Assembly (NCBI GenBank): GCA_013265495.1
Contig: MU061579.1
Location: forward strand, 4,364,327-4,428,326
Reading direction: 5' to 3'
From: Vicugna vicugna
Taxonomy: Eukaryota
DNA: 64,000 nucleotides
The translations under genes and the position numbers were made by a program. Under the pieces are notes generated by a model, which was not told where the DNA came from, searched no databases, and saw only the letters and a list, made by a program, of their open reading frames with translations. Positions 51,691 through 64,000 of the stretch are shown in pieces. The first letter of the stretch is position 1. Each line of letters begins with the position of its first letter.

Positions 51691-53417
51691 TAATCCTTGC
51701 AGAGCTGTAATTCTGAGATTGTGCTGGAGGCTTGTGTTAGTTTCAGTTAAAGGATGGTTGTTACCTGCCCAGCTATCTTCATGCCTTTTCTCCTCATGGT
51801 CAGGTTGACTCCTAACAGTTGTGAATGTCTCTCATGGGAAGTCAGAGCTATTTATTTCTATCAATGACATTTTAAGATATCTGATTGCTGTAGAAAGGTC
51901 TATATGAATTTCAAATTGCTTTACTCAAATGAATTAGTGTTCTTTTCTATCTCTTCGAATATTATTACTGAAAATGTGTTGTGTTGTGTTGTTTCACTCT
52001 ATTGCTTTTCTTTTCTTTTAAAACTCACAGAAACAGACATTTCTAAGACTCCCCAGAATTATGTCTTCTTTCTAAGACTTTAGCCTGGCAACTCTGTCCT
52101 ATCTTCATTTCCTCTTTCCTTCTTTTCATTCTTTTTTTCTCTCCTTTCTTCTTTCACCATAAATCTAAGTCCAGATCCTTCTTTCTGTCATGTTGGTACA
52201 AGATTGGCGATGGTGATAGGATTAGACAAGAGGGCTTAGCTTCAGTAGATTTTTGCTTTTTTAAATTTATACGCATTCAGATTTAGTCATTTTTGAAATG
52301 ATATAAATGTTCCTTCAAAATCCTTGTTTTTTGCAAACTTCTCCAAAAATGGAATCAGAGTTATGAAGAAGGTGGCTTTGTTGACTCAGCACAATCAGGC
52401 TCAAGTATGGCAAGATCTTTGAGTGTGAAGATCAATATTCCGTATACCACCATGGTGTCAGTATTGTAGATGCCACTTGGTGATTTCCTAATATAACTTA
52501 ACACTTATAACCCACTGTTTTAACATGTATTTAAACTCAATATTACTATATATGTACAAAGACTTCACCACGTCTGTTCTTCTGATATCTACCAGCAAAT
52601 AGGCAAAAACATTTTATTACAAAGTATCTAAAGAACTAAGGAAAAGTTATGACTAAGGAATGAGATATAAAATTAACTCTATAGTCTTACTACAGAAACA
52701 GATTTGCTAGGTTATCATTACTTTTAATACTTCCATTGAAGTTATCATGATTTAATGAAAATCAAATTAATTTTGTGACATCAATGGCACATTTTGAATC
52801 TTGCCCTTACTACTCAGTTCTTGTGTTGATACTGTATGCATTTGTTCAAGACTGGAAAATTATGGGTTGGAGATAGGCAGATGAATATAATGGGAAAAAT
52901 CTGTTTCACAATTATGATGGAAGGCAAAGGCATCAAAGATTAAGAAAGACATCTTTGGAGAAAAAGTCACTGCTTAATTTAACTTATATTATTAATCAAT
53001 AATTATTCGTATCATGCTTTTACTCTCTATTGTGACTGTAGGTCAAAGGAGCAAATTATTCAGCATTACAAAGATATCACAGAGATAAAATATTTGAATT
53101 CGCAAAGATTGTCAGTATACTTTCAACAAAAAATAAAGCACAACTTATTATCTCAAATGCCAAGAAGTATTGTGACAAAAACTGTTGAATACATCAAATA
53201 TCCAGGAGGTTAGTTATTAAAACTGACATTGTCTATATAAAGCATGATTCTTTCATTCTTATACCCATGAGTTGAATATATATGTCAATACTAGTTTTTA
53301 ATGAATTGTAGCATTTGGCAGCTACTGTCACAACTTTCATATTAGTCAGTAGAATTTTACTCTATTAATTGTAGATTTATATTAGAATAATATTAGCTTA
53401 TAATTTTTGTTCATTTT

Positions 53418-54088
53418 GTTTTTTTAACATTTTTATTGATTTATAATCATTTTACAATGTTGTGTCAAATTCCAGTGTAGAGTACAATTTTTCAGTTATA
53501 CATGAACATATATATATTCATTGTCATGTTCTTTTCTCTGTGAGCTACCATAAGATCCTGCATATATTTCCCTGTGCTATACAGTATAATCTTGTTTATC
53601 TATTCTACAATTTTGAAATCCAGGTCTGTCCTTTCCCACCCCCCGCCCCCTTGGCAACCACAAGTTTGTATTCTATGTCTATGAGTCTATTTCTGTTTTG
53701 TATTTATGCTTTGTTTGGTTTTTTCTGTTTGTTTCTTTTTGATACCACATATGAGCAATCTCATATGGTAGTTTTCTTTCTCCTTCTGGCTTACTTCACT
53801 TAGAATGACATTCTCCAGGAGCAACCATGTTGCTGCAAATGGCGTTATGTTGTCAGTTTTTATGGCTGAATAGTATTCCATTGTATAAATATACCACATC
53901 TTCTTTATCCAGACATCTGTTGATGGACATTTAGGCTGTTTCCATGATTTGACTATTGTAAATAGTGCTGCTATGAACATTGGGGTGCAGGTGTCATCCT
54001 GAAGTAGGGTTCCTTCTGGATATATGCCCAGGAGCAGGATTCCTGGGTCATACAGTAAGTCTATTCCTAGACTTTTGAGGAATCTCCA
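53418..54088 (-). mobile_element. Young 5'-truncated L1 (ORF2 C-terminus plus 3' UTR)
   Basis: ORF 53687-53980 MFIAALFTIVKSWKQPKCPSTDVWIKKMWYIYTMEYYSAIK is the L1 ORF2p C-terminus. Confidence 0.95.
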
Positions 54089-54270
54089 GGTTGTTTGTTT
54101 TACATTCTAAACCAGATCTAATAAGTTAATTTGTCTTAAAGTACTATTTTTTCCTGACTAGCTGAGAATACTTTATAATTCTGTAGGCAAACGTAGATAG
54201 GTGAATACTGCCAGAAGTCATTTTCAGGTTACTGCTGGTGAAGCTCCCCTTCACCAGCTCAGTTGCAGTG

Positions 54271-54800
54271 TAATTGTCCCAACTTATCTACAGGGAATAT
54301 GTTCCAAGACCCCCAAAGGATGCCTGACACTGTGAGGAGTGCCAAATTATATATATATATATATATATATATACTGTATTTTTTCTATACAAACATATCT
54401 ATGATAGAGTTTAATTAATTAATTAGTCGCAGTAAGAGAATATTCAGATTACCAGAATTGCTACTCTTGCACTTTCAGGTCATTATTAGATAAAATAAGG
54501 GTTCCTTGAACACAAGTACTGTGATATCTTGATAGTCAGTCATCAGTCTGACAACCCATCCCTAAGTGACTAATGGTTGGGTAGTATATGTGGATACACG
54601 GGACAAAGGGAGGATTCACATTCTGTGCAGGAGAGAGCAGGAAGGTGCAAGATTTCATCATACTACTCAGAACAGCACACAAATTAAAACTTAAAAATTG
54701 TTTATTTCTGGAATTTTCCATTTAATATTTTTGGACCACGGTTGACTGCAGGTAATTGAAATTGTGGAAAGCAAAATTTCAGGTAAAGGGGGGACTACTA
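54271..54800. mobile_element. MER44/Tigger7-like MITE containing (TA)n
   Basis: gtcccaacttatctacagggaatatgttccaagacccc ... ggtaaaggggggactact termini. (TA)n at about 54348-54372. Confidence 0.85.
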
Positions 54801-55474
54801 TATATAATTTTATCTTCCAGTAGAATTTGGCTATACTTGTTTATTTGCAAATGATAAAATGGAACATTTATGTAATGTTCTCAGCAAACCCCTGTATCTT
54901 TTCATATTTATAATCCTGAACAACTATATTTTATCACTCTTTTCTGTAAGGTTAGTATTGCTCCTTATTGGGAAAGCAGAGTACTATAATAACTGCCTCA
55001 TCCACCCCCATAGACAGGAAAACAAAAATTCAAACTTACAGCACAGCATAACACAATTTGGTTGGAAATATATTCAGATTACATCATAAAAGCCAAAACT
55101 CTGAGGATAAACTCACTTTCTTTTCTCCTTTCTGCATTTTACAAGCTTTTAAAAAAAATAACTTTACTAATGGCGCTGCACTATTCTTTGGGCATGTGCA
55201 GGGAAGATAAGAGGAATATGAGGTGCTATATTCAATGATAACTCATCGCAGCAAAGGAAACAATAATTGTCAGCTGTAATAGGGTAACCCTCCCAGAAGA
55301 AAAACCCTAATGCAACCTTGACACTAGAAAGTACAAACAAACAAACAACACTGAAATACTCACTTTATTTGTTCCTGTGATCGGTCATCCCAAAGTTTTT
55401 GTCACAACTGGGGCCACTATCTAGACTGTCAGTGCCGTTTGTAAGAGCTACCACAATAGGAAGTGAATCTGGGT

Positions 55475-56470
55475 TTAACTTCCAGAGTATGCAAACAGCC
55501 CATAGAACTCAATAGCCACAACACAAACAACTCAGTCAAAAAGTGGGCAGAAGACCTACAGACATTTCTCCAGTGAAGACATTCAGATGGCCAAAAGGCA
55601 CATGAAAAAATGCTCAGTATCACTAATTATCAGACAAATGCAAATCAAAACTACAATGAGGAATCACCTCATACCAGTCAGAATAGCCATCATTCAAAAG
55701 TCCACCAATGATAGATTTTAGAGAGAGTGTGAAGAAAAGAGAACCCATCTACATGGTTGTTGGGAATGTAATTTGGTGCAGCCATTGTGGAAAACAGTAT
55801 GGAGATACCTTAAAAATGAAAAATAGACTTACTCTATGATCCAGTAATCCCACTCCTGGGCATATATCCATAGAAAACTCTAATTCAAAAAGATACATGC
55901 ACCCTAATGTTCATAGCAGCACTATTTACAATAAACAAGACATAGAAGCAGCCTAAATGTCCATCAACAGATGACTGGATAAAGAAGGCGTAGAACATAT
56001 ATACAGTGAAAGACTACTCAGCCATAAAAAAGGATGAAATAATGCCATTTACAGCAACATGGATGGACCTAGAGATAATCATACTAAGTGAAGTAAATCA
56101 GACAAAGAAAAATAAATAGCATATGATATCACTTATATGTGGAATCTAAAAAAGTGACACAAATGAACTTATTTACAAAACAAAAACGGACTCACAGACC
56201 TAGAAAACAAACTTATGGTTACTAAAGAGAAAAAAGAGAGACAATGGGATAAACTAGGAGTTTGGGATTAGCAAATGCAAACTACTATATGCAAAATAGA
56301 TAAACAAAAAGATCCTACTGTATAGCACAGGGAAGTATATTCAATAGCTTGTAATAACCTATAAAGAAAAAGAATCTGAAAAAGAATATATATGTATATG
56401 TGAATCACTATGCTGTACACTAGAAACTAACATAACGTTTTAAATCAACTACACTTCAATTAAAAACACA
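55475..56470 (+). mobile_element. 5'-truncated cetartiodactyl L1 (ORF2 3' end plus 3' UTR)
   Basis: aaaaagtgggcagaagacct...atgttcatagcagcactatttac...gcaacatggatggacctagag...tatagcacagggaag...cttcaattaaaaa. Confidence 0.95.
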
Positions 56471-57169
56471 AAAAGAAGGACACGAACCTGGTCTTGGTCT
56501 AACTGTTTCCAAGTGTGTGCAAATACATGGATCTTCAGAAATTTCTAGAAATAAGGGATGCTTATCAGGTTGCTCTCAGGTGAATCATTTGAATTTTCTT
56601 TTTCCATCTAACCCCTGTGGATATGGAATGAAAGTACAAATTGAAGATTAGAAATAAAAGATTCTAACATGAGTTATTTTAGTAGTTTTCATTTTATTTC
56701 CACGTTTATTGGCAAATTAAAGTTTATTCTATTCCCCACCCACCCAATCCAGATCTCTTAAATGGTGGAATTTAAATACAAGTTAGAATGTTCTTTAGAG
56801 CATTAACTCAGAGGTACATATTGACCCAAAATAATACTTCTTAATAGTGTCATTTTAAATAGTATCTAAACATGAGCAGGTTGGCATTTTCCATCGAATG
56901 GAATATTATACATAGAAAAATTCCAGAACTACTTATAGGATCTAGACATGATGTTTTTACTCTTTTAACCTCCATTTCGTCTTCTTTAAGATAGGAGGCT
57001 TCAATTAGATGATTCTCTAAAGCATCTGCTGAATCTAAGATATGAAATGATTTAAGCAAATTTTCTAGTGTAGAAAGAACTGATATCACAGTGTGCTATG
57101 AGTGTTTGGAATCAGTCTTATTTTATGCACACACTCACTTACCTTCCATTTGACTTTTCACATCTTCTT

Positions 57170-57365
57170 ACTGCTAATGATAGCCAAAATGTATTGTTTC
57201 TATGTTCCAGCCATTGTTCTAAACACATTACATGGCTTATTTTGTAATTCTTGCAGCAGCTCTGAGACAGTTGTTGTTATTATTAGTACTATGGCCATTT
57301 TACAGATGAAGGAGAGAAAGTTCAATTGGCTCAAGGTCACAGAGCTTGTAAGTGGTAAAAGAGAT
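57170..57365 (-). mobile_element. MIR SINE
   Basis: ccattttacagatgaagg...gctcaaggtcacagagcttgtaagtgg. Confidence 0.8.
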
Positions 57366-58429
57366 AGTTAATAAGCTCACTCTAAAAGACATGCCATTAG
57401 CACTCATAACACTGTCTCTGCCAACTAAACAAAGGCAAGCTGCAAGCTGTTATGTGTACCCATTGCTATTACCAAAGTCTATTCCTTTAGAGAGTCTGTG
57501 TGTAAATGGTAAGAGTAAGCAACAATGTAAAATATTAGGATGGAAGTGTCAAAGGAAACTAGAAATACACAATTTTATCTCAAAATACAAAAAGGAAATT
57601 CCAAGGGCGGAGTGCAAGTATCAAATGGTAGTTTTTGAATAGGAGACAAGATTCCAAATGTCTGGTAATTAGAAATCATTGGTGGCTTTAGAATGAGAAG
57701 GTTCACTAGTGTAACCGATAAGGAAGGAGATTAAAGTTAATTGACTAGCATATACAAAGGGGAAGAAGACCATAGGGAAAGACCTATGTTTATTTAAGAT
57801 ATTCATACAGAGAGGGGAAGGAGAGAAGTGACATTTATCAGGGCTAATTGTAAAACATTTGATTTGTTTTTTCAAGACGGAAGTGATCTAAAAGAAAGTA
57901 ATTAAATTGGAAGAAAATTTTAAGACACATCTTCGAAAAAGTTCTAAGAAAGGGTCTTTGGAGGGAAAAAAATAAGTTTTTTCTCAGAGTCAGCAAAAAA
58001 GGAAATAAAAAGAAAAGGGGACGGGGGAGCAGAAAGCTGTTAAGAGAGAAGTTCATACCCAAATGTTTCTGTTTCCTCAGGGAAGTAGGCTAGGTCAGCT
58101 GCTCAGGATGGACTTAAACGGGGTTGGGAAGTAATTTAGTGCATCTCATAGTCTAGTGCAGACACAGAGGAAATGTGTTCCTCAGGTCTTTTCCTTCAGG
58201 TCTCATGTATTTAAATTCCCCACTTTTGTATTAGAATTGATGTTAGAAAGCAAAATATTTGAGGATAAATTTATAACACCATATGGGTTAGCATATCATT
58301 TAATTATGAAAATCAGGGAGCAGGGAAATGACGAAGTTGAGAGCAGAGTATTGAAAAAGTCAGAAAAAAAGTGAGATATAGCCTCAAAAGCAAACTCCAG
58401 GTATTCAGAGCTGGAGAATTGATTAATAT

Positions 58430-59410
58430 ATTTAAAAATCACTTATTTAACACCTATCAATGTTGCAGTTCTGAAAAATAGGATTGGGAAATAATGATAC
58501 AAAGAGAGAAAGCATTAACTTAACACCTGTTCACTGCAAAGCTGCAACAGACAATCTGCTTTGACAGAATCTTGGAATTTACAAAAATGAATAAAACCAT
58601 GACTTCGCCCTCAAATGGATGGTAATTTATATCCATTTATTTATTTATTTATTTATTTGTATTTTATACTGGAACAAATCAACACTATTGATAATAGTAT
58701 TAAAATTAATGCAGAATTTTAATATAAAAGTTTTTTTTTTTGCAACTTATATCACAGGGAAGGAAGCTACTCAGGCCCTGAATTGGTCAAAAAACATGTT
58801 ATAGGGCATTTCCACCGAAAGGTAAGTACAGCACAAAGGTCAGTGGAAAGTGTAAGTAGAGGATTGACTTCCTACAATTTGAAGGTTACTTTTCAGTCCA
58901 TTTCCTGGAAGATGTGAACTTAGACCTTGAAGGAGAGGTTGAATTTGGATATATAGATGGAAAAGGAATGTTCATTTTGGAGGAAATGTTATAAACAGAG
59001 TTATACTGTGGGAAGTTATGTAGGTCCACAGAGCTGATTTTATGCAGTTTAATTACATTGGAGGACAGGGTGTGAGAAGGTAAATTAATGCCAGGTTGAA
59101 AGATATGTTAGAGTTTGGACATTTTAGAGTATGTGTTTTAGTGGATTTTTGAGCAAAGTGTGATAGCACTGGAAGTGTGTTTATCTGCTATTGTCTTCTC
59201 TGATCTACCCTTTTCCCAAAGGACATTTTAGCAGTAAATGCTTTTATTTATCACAGTATTTACCCATGACACTATAACCACTTGTTCGCTGATGGGATTC
59301 CACCACTGAACTTTAAACTACTCAAAGGCAAAGACTAATTTTCACTTATCTCTGACTTCCAAGTAACCAGTGCAGTGCATTTTTCAGAATTCAATATATT
59401 TTAATTAAAT
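58430..59410. mobile_element. L2 fragments (both orientations)
   Basis: tttcctggaagatgtgaacttagaccttgaagga (minus); taaactactcaaaggcaaagact...ttcaatatatt (plus). Confidence 0.5.
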
Positions 59411-59725
59411 TAGATGAAGATTTACTTATAAGTAAAGTAGATATTAAATCCAACAGAAGTGCAAAAAAATGGGAGGGAGAAGAAAAAAGAACTTTCTCTA
59501 GTGCAGTAACTTTTATTGCTCTCCCGTTTACATCAAACTCTAAGGTACAAATTTAATGTTAGCTCTTTCCTCTGTCTATAGTCAGCTGAGAAAAGCTATA
59601 TATGGTATTGAGTCTACCTCTCTACAGCTCTACTTTTGAATTTGAGGCTAATGTCACATCTAATAATTACTCTTTGGATATTCTTCCTACTTTTATATAA
59701 ATAAGATGACAGTTTCAGGGGTAGA

Positions 59726-60358
59726 TGTGAGGTAGCCATTCCTTATGACCGAGATGACCTTGATACTTCCTTCAGCTTGACTAAACGTTGGATAGACTTC
59801 TTCCTGCCTCTAGGACCCTGAACTCCTCACTCCAATCCTTACAGTATCCAGATAATCTAACCACAGAGGTCTCTCTTCTTCCTTTTCTTAGAGCATTTAC
59901 TTTAGAAAACTTGGCATACCTACCTCATTATCAATTCTCCTTTGCCCATTTGAAATGCAAGTTTTTTTTCAAAAAGTGTCTTGTCATTTTTTCAACTTAG
60001 AACTATCTTTCTCAGGTACCTGGAAACATCCCTTTGAAATGTAATCATCAAGAAAGATCGCCCCCCTGCCTCCCAGTCTCTGTGACAGGTTAGGAGCCTA
60101 ACTTTAGTGATGCTTTGCTCCAAGTTCTAAAATTATCTCCTGTCATGAAGTTAGGAGGAAGTTTACTTTCTCTTTGGGTAAGTCTAGCTAGCAAATGCAG
60201 GAGTCCTATAATTTCCCCAACCCCAGCCCTTAAAAACTCTCCCACTCTTTGTTTTAGCAAAGCTGAGCTCCAACTACTGCTGATCTCTCTCCTGCTGCAA
60301 TTGCCTTGAATAAAGTCTTCCTTCCCTATTTAACTTCAGTGCAATTTTGACTGTGACA
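59726..60358 (+). mobile_element. MER89/MER90-like ERV1 LTR
   Basis: TG...CA ends; ccttttcttagagcatttactttagaaaactt; ctttgaaatgtaatcatcaag; AATAAA at about 60309. Confidence 0.8.
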
Positions 60359-63124
60359 CTTACCTTAAAAATATCTGAGGTAGGTGGCCTAAACCAATCA
60401 CACTGAAGCTCTGGGACAAACTCTCTTACTTCTCCCTTGACTCCTCATTTACACTCTCATTCTTTCATACCTCCCCTTGTCTTGAATTGATAAAACACCA
60501 TATTATCTTTGAGGATGGATTGGAAATAGGAAAATTAAACCTTTCCATTGGCTTTTATCCTAGTCTATTTGGCCATGACAGATCAATAAGAAGGGGCTTC
60601 TTCATGTAACCCAGCTAGCCTCAGCAAACCTATACATATGCCTGGATTTCAAGCTGTGTGGGTAGTAAAATACTCCTTTGCGCTGCTTTCCCTTGTTTCT
60701 CAATGGAATTTCTATGAATAGCTCGGGAAACAAAGCTAGACGTTAGAGGCCAGAGATTAGGTACCCTTAATCCTGGGTATATTACGTATCACTTCACTTA
60801 GTCACAACTGTAATGAACCCCAAATTTCTGCGTAATTCAATAATTAATTAAAGTCTGCCTTAGGGTTATGGGAGTAGAATAAGAATATAAAAGATATTTA
60901 AAAGTCAAATCAAAATGATTTTTCAAAATATACAATAAGGGTAAAAGAATTAGGAGGCCATTTTTTCCTTCTATAATGAACACAACAGGGTTGTGGAGAC
61001 AGGACAAAGAAATATTTAAATGTCTAATGATTGATCTATTTGATTTAAAACAACAAGTGGTAAATATCCATTCTTAATACATGTTTCTATTTACAAATGC
61101 TAGAGGTGATCAGACTGCATAAAATCCTAAGAAAAATATTGGATTTATTTTTGCTTAGGAGACAGAGCAAGTTACAGTATATTAGGGATAAAACTGAGGT
61201 GGACAAAAGAAATAGTTAACAGAATATTTTTGTTGCAGCAAGTTTACCATAGTGAAGACCAGCAACCAAAGTGAAGCAGGAGAATTCTCTAAAAGGAAAG
61301 GAATGAGGACAACCAAATTTAGAATTAGAGGAGCTGAAGAGTGAAAATAAAATTCTTTGGGTACCACAGCAAGTTATGACTTCCCAGACAGTTTTAGAGA
61401 GTAAATTATTGTTCTTATTCTCCAATGTGTTTTATTCAGATTACATCTCCAGTTAAATATAAAAACATAAAATGATATCATATGTTCTTAATGATGATAT
61501 AATTCTACTCAAACTCCCAGATCTCCTAATTTTAACTTTTAGATATTTTATGAGTTTGTGGTACTTTTATCTAAGGAAAAATTTTGGAATTTGTGCCAAA
61601 GGACAATTCTTAGAAGGAATGGAGTAGCTCTATGAAAAGCAGTTTCTAGAATAGAGGTGACACAGCTGTCCCTTCCTTCTCCTGTCCCGTTCTCAAGAAA
61701 CTCAAAAGGCCTTCAGAGCTTTTGTGTCAGATTTCTGAGAGATGGTTAGGATTTTTGATGGTTAGTTATGGAGAAGCCATGAAAATACTATTCTGTGGAT
61801 GTTCATAGTATCCTAGTCTTAACTTCAGATTTGGGTAGCTTGTTAAATAAAAATTGCCTGGTTTTCCTGTTTATTTTAATGTAAAATATGCAAAATTTAT
61901 TCCAACATCCACACTCTCAGTTTGGCAATTATTAGTTTAATTATAGTTCTAAGTATCAAACCTCTAAACATACTATTAAAAATGAAAATTCTTTGATGAC
62001 TGTTCTCTGAAGCTTTTCTTCATCAATGTCAGAAAATATGTGATATCTGAAAGTTGACTTTTGAAGAATCAGGGACTGTTGCTGTCAAAATCAGGTTATG
62101 ACCCAGGACAGCCACCACCGGAGAACACTCACAAAATAGCATTATAAGACTCAGTGCTACAATGATCCGAGAAGGGTAGCTAACCATAGGCACTACTGTT
62201 TGGTTCAGAGGAGCACCAATTAATTTGTCTGCTCTCTGATCCACTGAAGAACTCAGCTGGGAACCAAACAAAGCCAGATTTTTTTTTAAATCTAACATTT
62301 GAGATATTTTATGTGTTCTTTCAAGTAAACTATACTTTAGACTCTAGAAGTAAGGGTCATAACTCTTGTATCTCTCGTCGTAGAATTAGAGTTTGTCAAA
62401 GGTGTTAAAAATAAAGTGAGTGTGAAAGTTCTATGAGGGTTATGAGAAGGGTGAGGAAACAGTAAAGAAGGACTAAGGTAAGGCCTTGAGATAAGAGTAA
62501 TAACAACAATAAAATGATGATGATGAAAACTTTCTTTCCATCTCCTTGGCTTTCCACTGTTCCTCTTGAGAATCAAATTTTTATGTACTTTAAACTCCAG
62601 TAAGAATAACTGTGATAAAAATTATAAATTTTCTATTATAAAAATTAACCTTTGGATTTTGAGTAAAGAGCTGATGGAATTAGGAATTGATTTAAGAATT
62701 GATTTTGGAGATCTACAAAAATCCCAACAATCTCTCCATTTCCTAAATTCCTATCAAATATAGTACCATATACGTGACCTTTCCTCACACTGCTAGAAAC
62801 ATACATAAACTTTATCACACGTTGACAGTTATATTTGAGAACACTTCCCAGAAATTAAATTGTTTCCCCACTTTCACATACAATTTTGTGTTTCTTCCAA
62901 ATCCCAAATTGTCATCTTTTCAAGTCTGTCTCCAGAACTCTTACTCAATAAAATTTTCTAGCAATGCCATATGTTCATATTTTTCTCTTTCTTGATTCTT
63001 TTTTGAGTGCCAGAGAGTTTTCAAGCATTGTGTGTACATGTGTGTGTGTGAGTGATATGTGTTTCTATATGTCTGTGTTTAGCTCCCATAGAAATACCTC
63101 TTTAAAAATACATAAAGAGTCTTT

Positions 63125-64000
63125 GTCTCCTTACCATGATAGAATGATTGGTACGAGACTTACATTCTCTTTATGACTTAGAAAACAGAACAGCATATCT
63201 AAACAAGTATTTCAGACAGTAAATAAAAGGCATAAAACAACTGTGATTCTTGGGAGTAGGGAAAAGTTCTACAACATCACTGGCTTTCTGTCTGGGGGAA
63301 CTTCTAGCCTGTAGTAAAGGGAGGGGAAACTCAGAAATAGAGAAGGGAAATTAATAATATTGTGATCTCACTGAGTTGAGGAAATGGAAATTAAAGTTGA
63401 GGGACACTGAAGTGGCTAGAATTGTCAGATCACAGTACCAAGAAAATGAAGCAAAGTAGAAAATGAAATCCAGAAATCTGAATGGAATAGCCTTGATTTT
63501 TGTTGTTGGATACTGTAAATTGAGAGGGAGACTCTCCAGTCAGTCAATGAAAACTAAAAAAAGTTATATGCTGAGCAATTCCCAATGCTCACGTAGGATG
63601 AGGTAGGCATTTGGGTTCCAGCTAAGCAGGTTGAGAAAACCTTGTTAAATAACAAGAGAATTCAGTAGAATCTCATAGTAATGTTAAACTTGCTTATAAG
63701 AAAAGTTATGGCTCCATTAAAACAAACCTCCAAAATAAGACTTTGAAACACTGGAGCTAATCCACAAGTAACTTAACTGGCTGTCAAAACAAAAGTCAAC
63801 ACATTTTAAAGGAAGAAAATACATTCTGGACATTCAGCAGCATAACATTTACCAAGTCTAGCACTCAATAAACTATAAAAAGATACCTAGAAAATTCCAA
63901 ATATTTAGAAATTAAACAACATTTTGAATAAGTTATTTATGATAAAATATCTTGGCAAATAAACAATATAAAAGGACTTGATTAACTTGATAAAGAGAAT
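63125..64000 (+). mobile_element. Ancient L1M 5' region fragment
   Basis: ccatgatagaatg...tttcagacagtaaataa...aatccacaagtaacttaactgg...aaaacaaaagtcaacac resemble old L1M 5' UTR sequence. Confidence 0.55.

Noticed and set aside
53687..53980. 97-aa ORF with clear protein homology
   Set aside because: It is the C-terminus of L1 ORF2p in a truncated retrotransposon, not a host gene.
1..64000. CRISPR arrays, operons or other prokaryotic systems
   Set aside because: The sequence is mammalian, with no regularly spaced repeat-spacer array or gene-dense region.

Overview
AT-rich, CpG-depleted mammalian genomic DNA, most likely from a camelid (camel/alpaca/llama). The inference rests on three copies of a tRNA-Ala(AGC)-derived SINE matching the camelid vic-1 type, plus cetartiodactyl-style L1 3' ends. 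The window reads as intronic or intergenic. I recognise no protein-coding gene, and the ORF track is almost all chance ORFs or decayed L1 ORF1/ORF2. Recognisable content is mostly interspersed repeats: L1, L2, CR1/L3, MIR, MaLR and ERV1/ERVL LTRs, and Tigger1, MER44 and MER63 DNA transposons. Repeat family names come from recalled consensus sequences, not a database search. The most striking structure is an apparently identical 401-bp direct duplication (8608-9008 / 9235-9635) flanking only the first 226 bp of a young L1 5' UTR. Weaker leads are two candidate minus-strand exons near the left end (one starting in CR1-like sequence), a 70-bp locally templated insertion inside MER63, and a few splice-site-bounded segments. 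I found no convincing evidence of a new multi-gene system.
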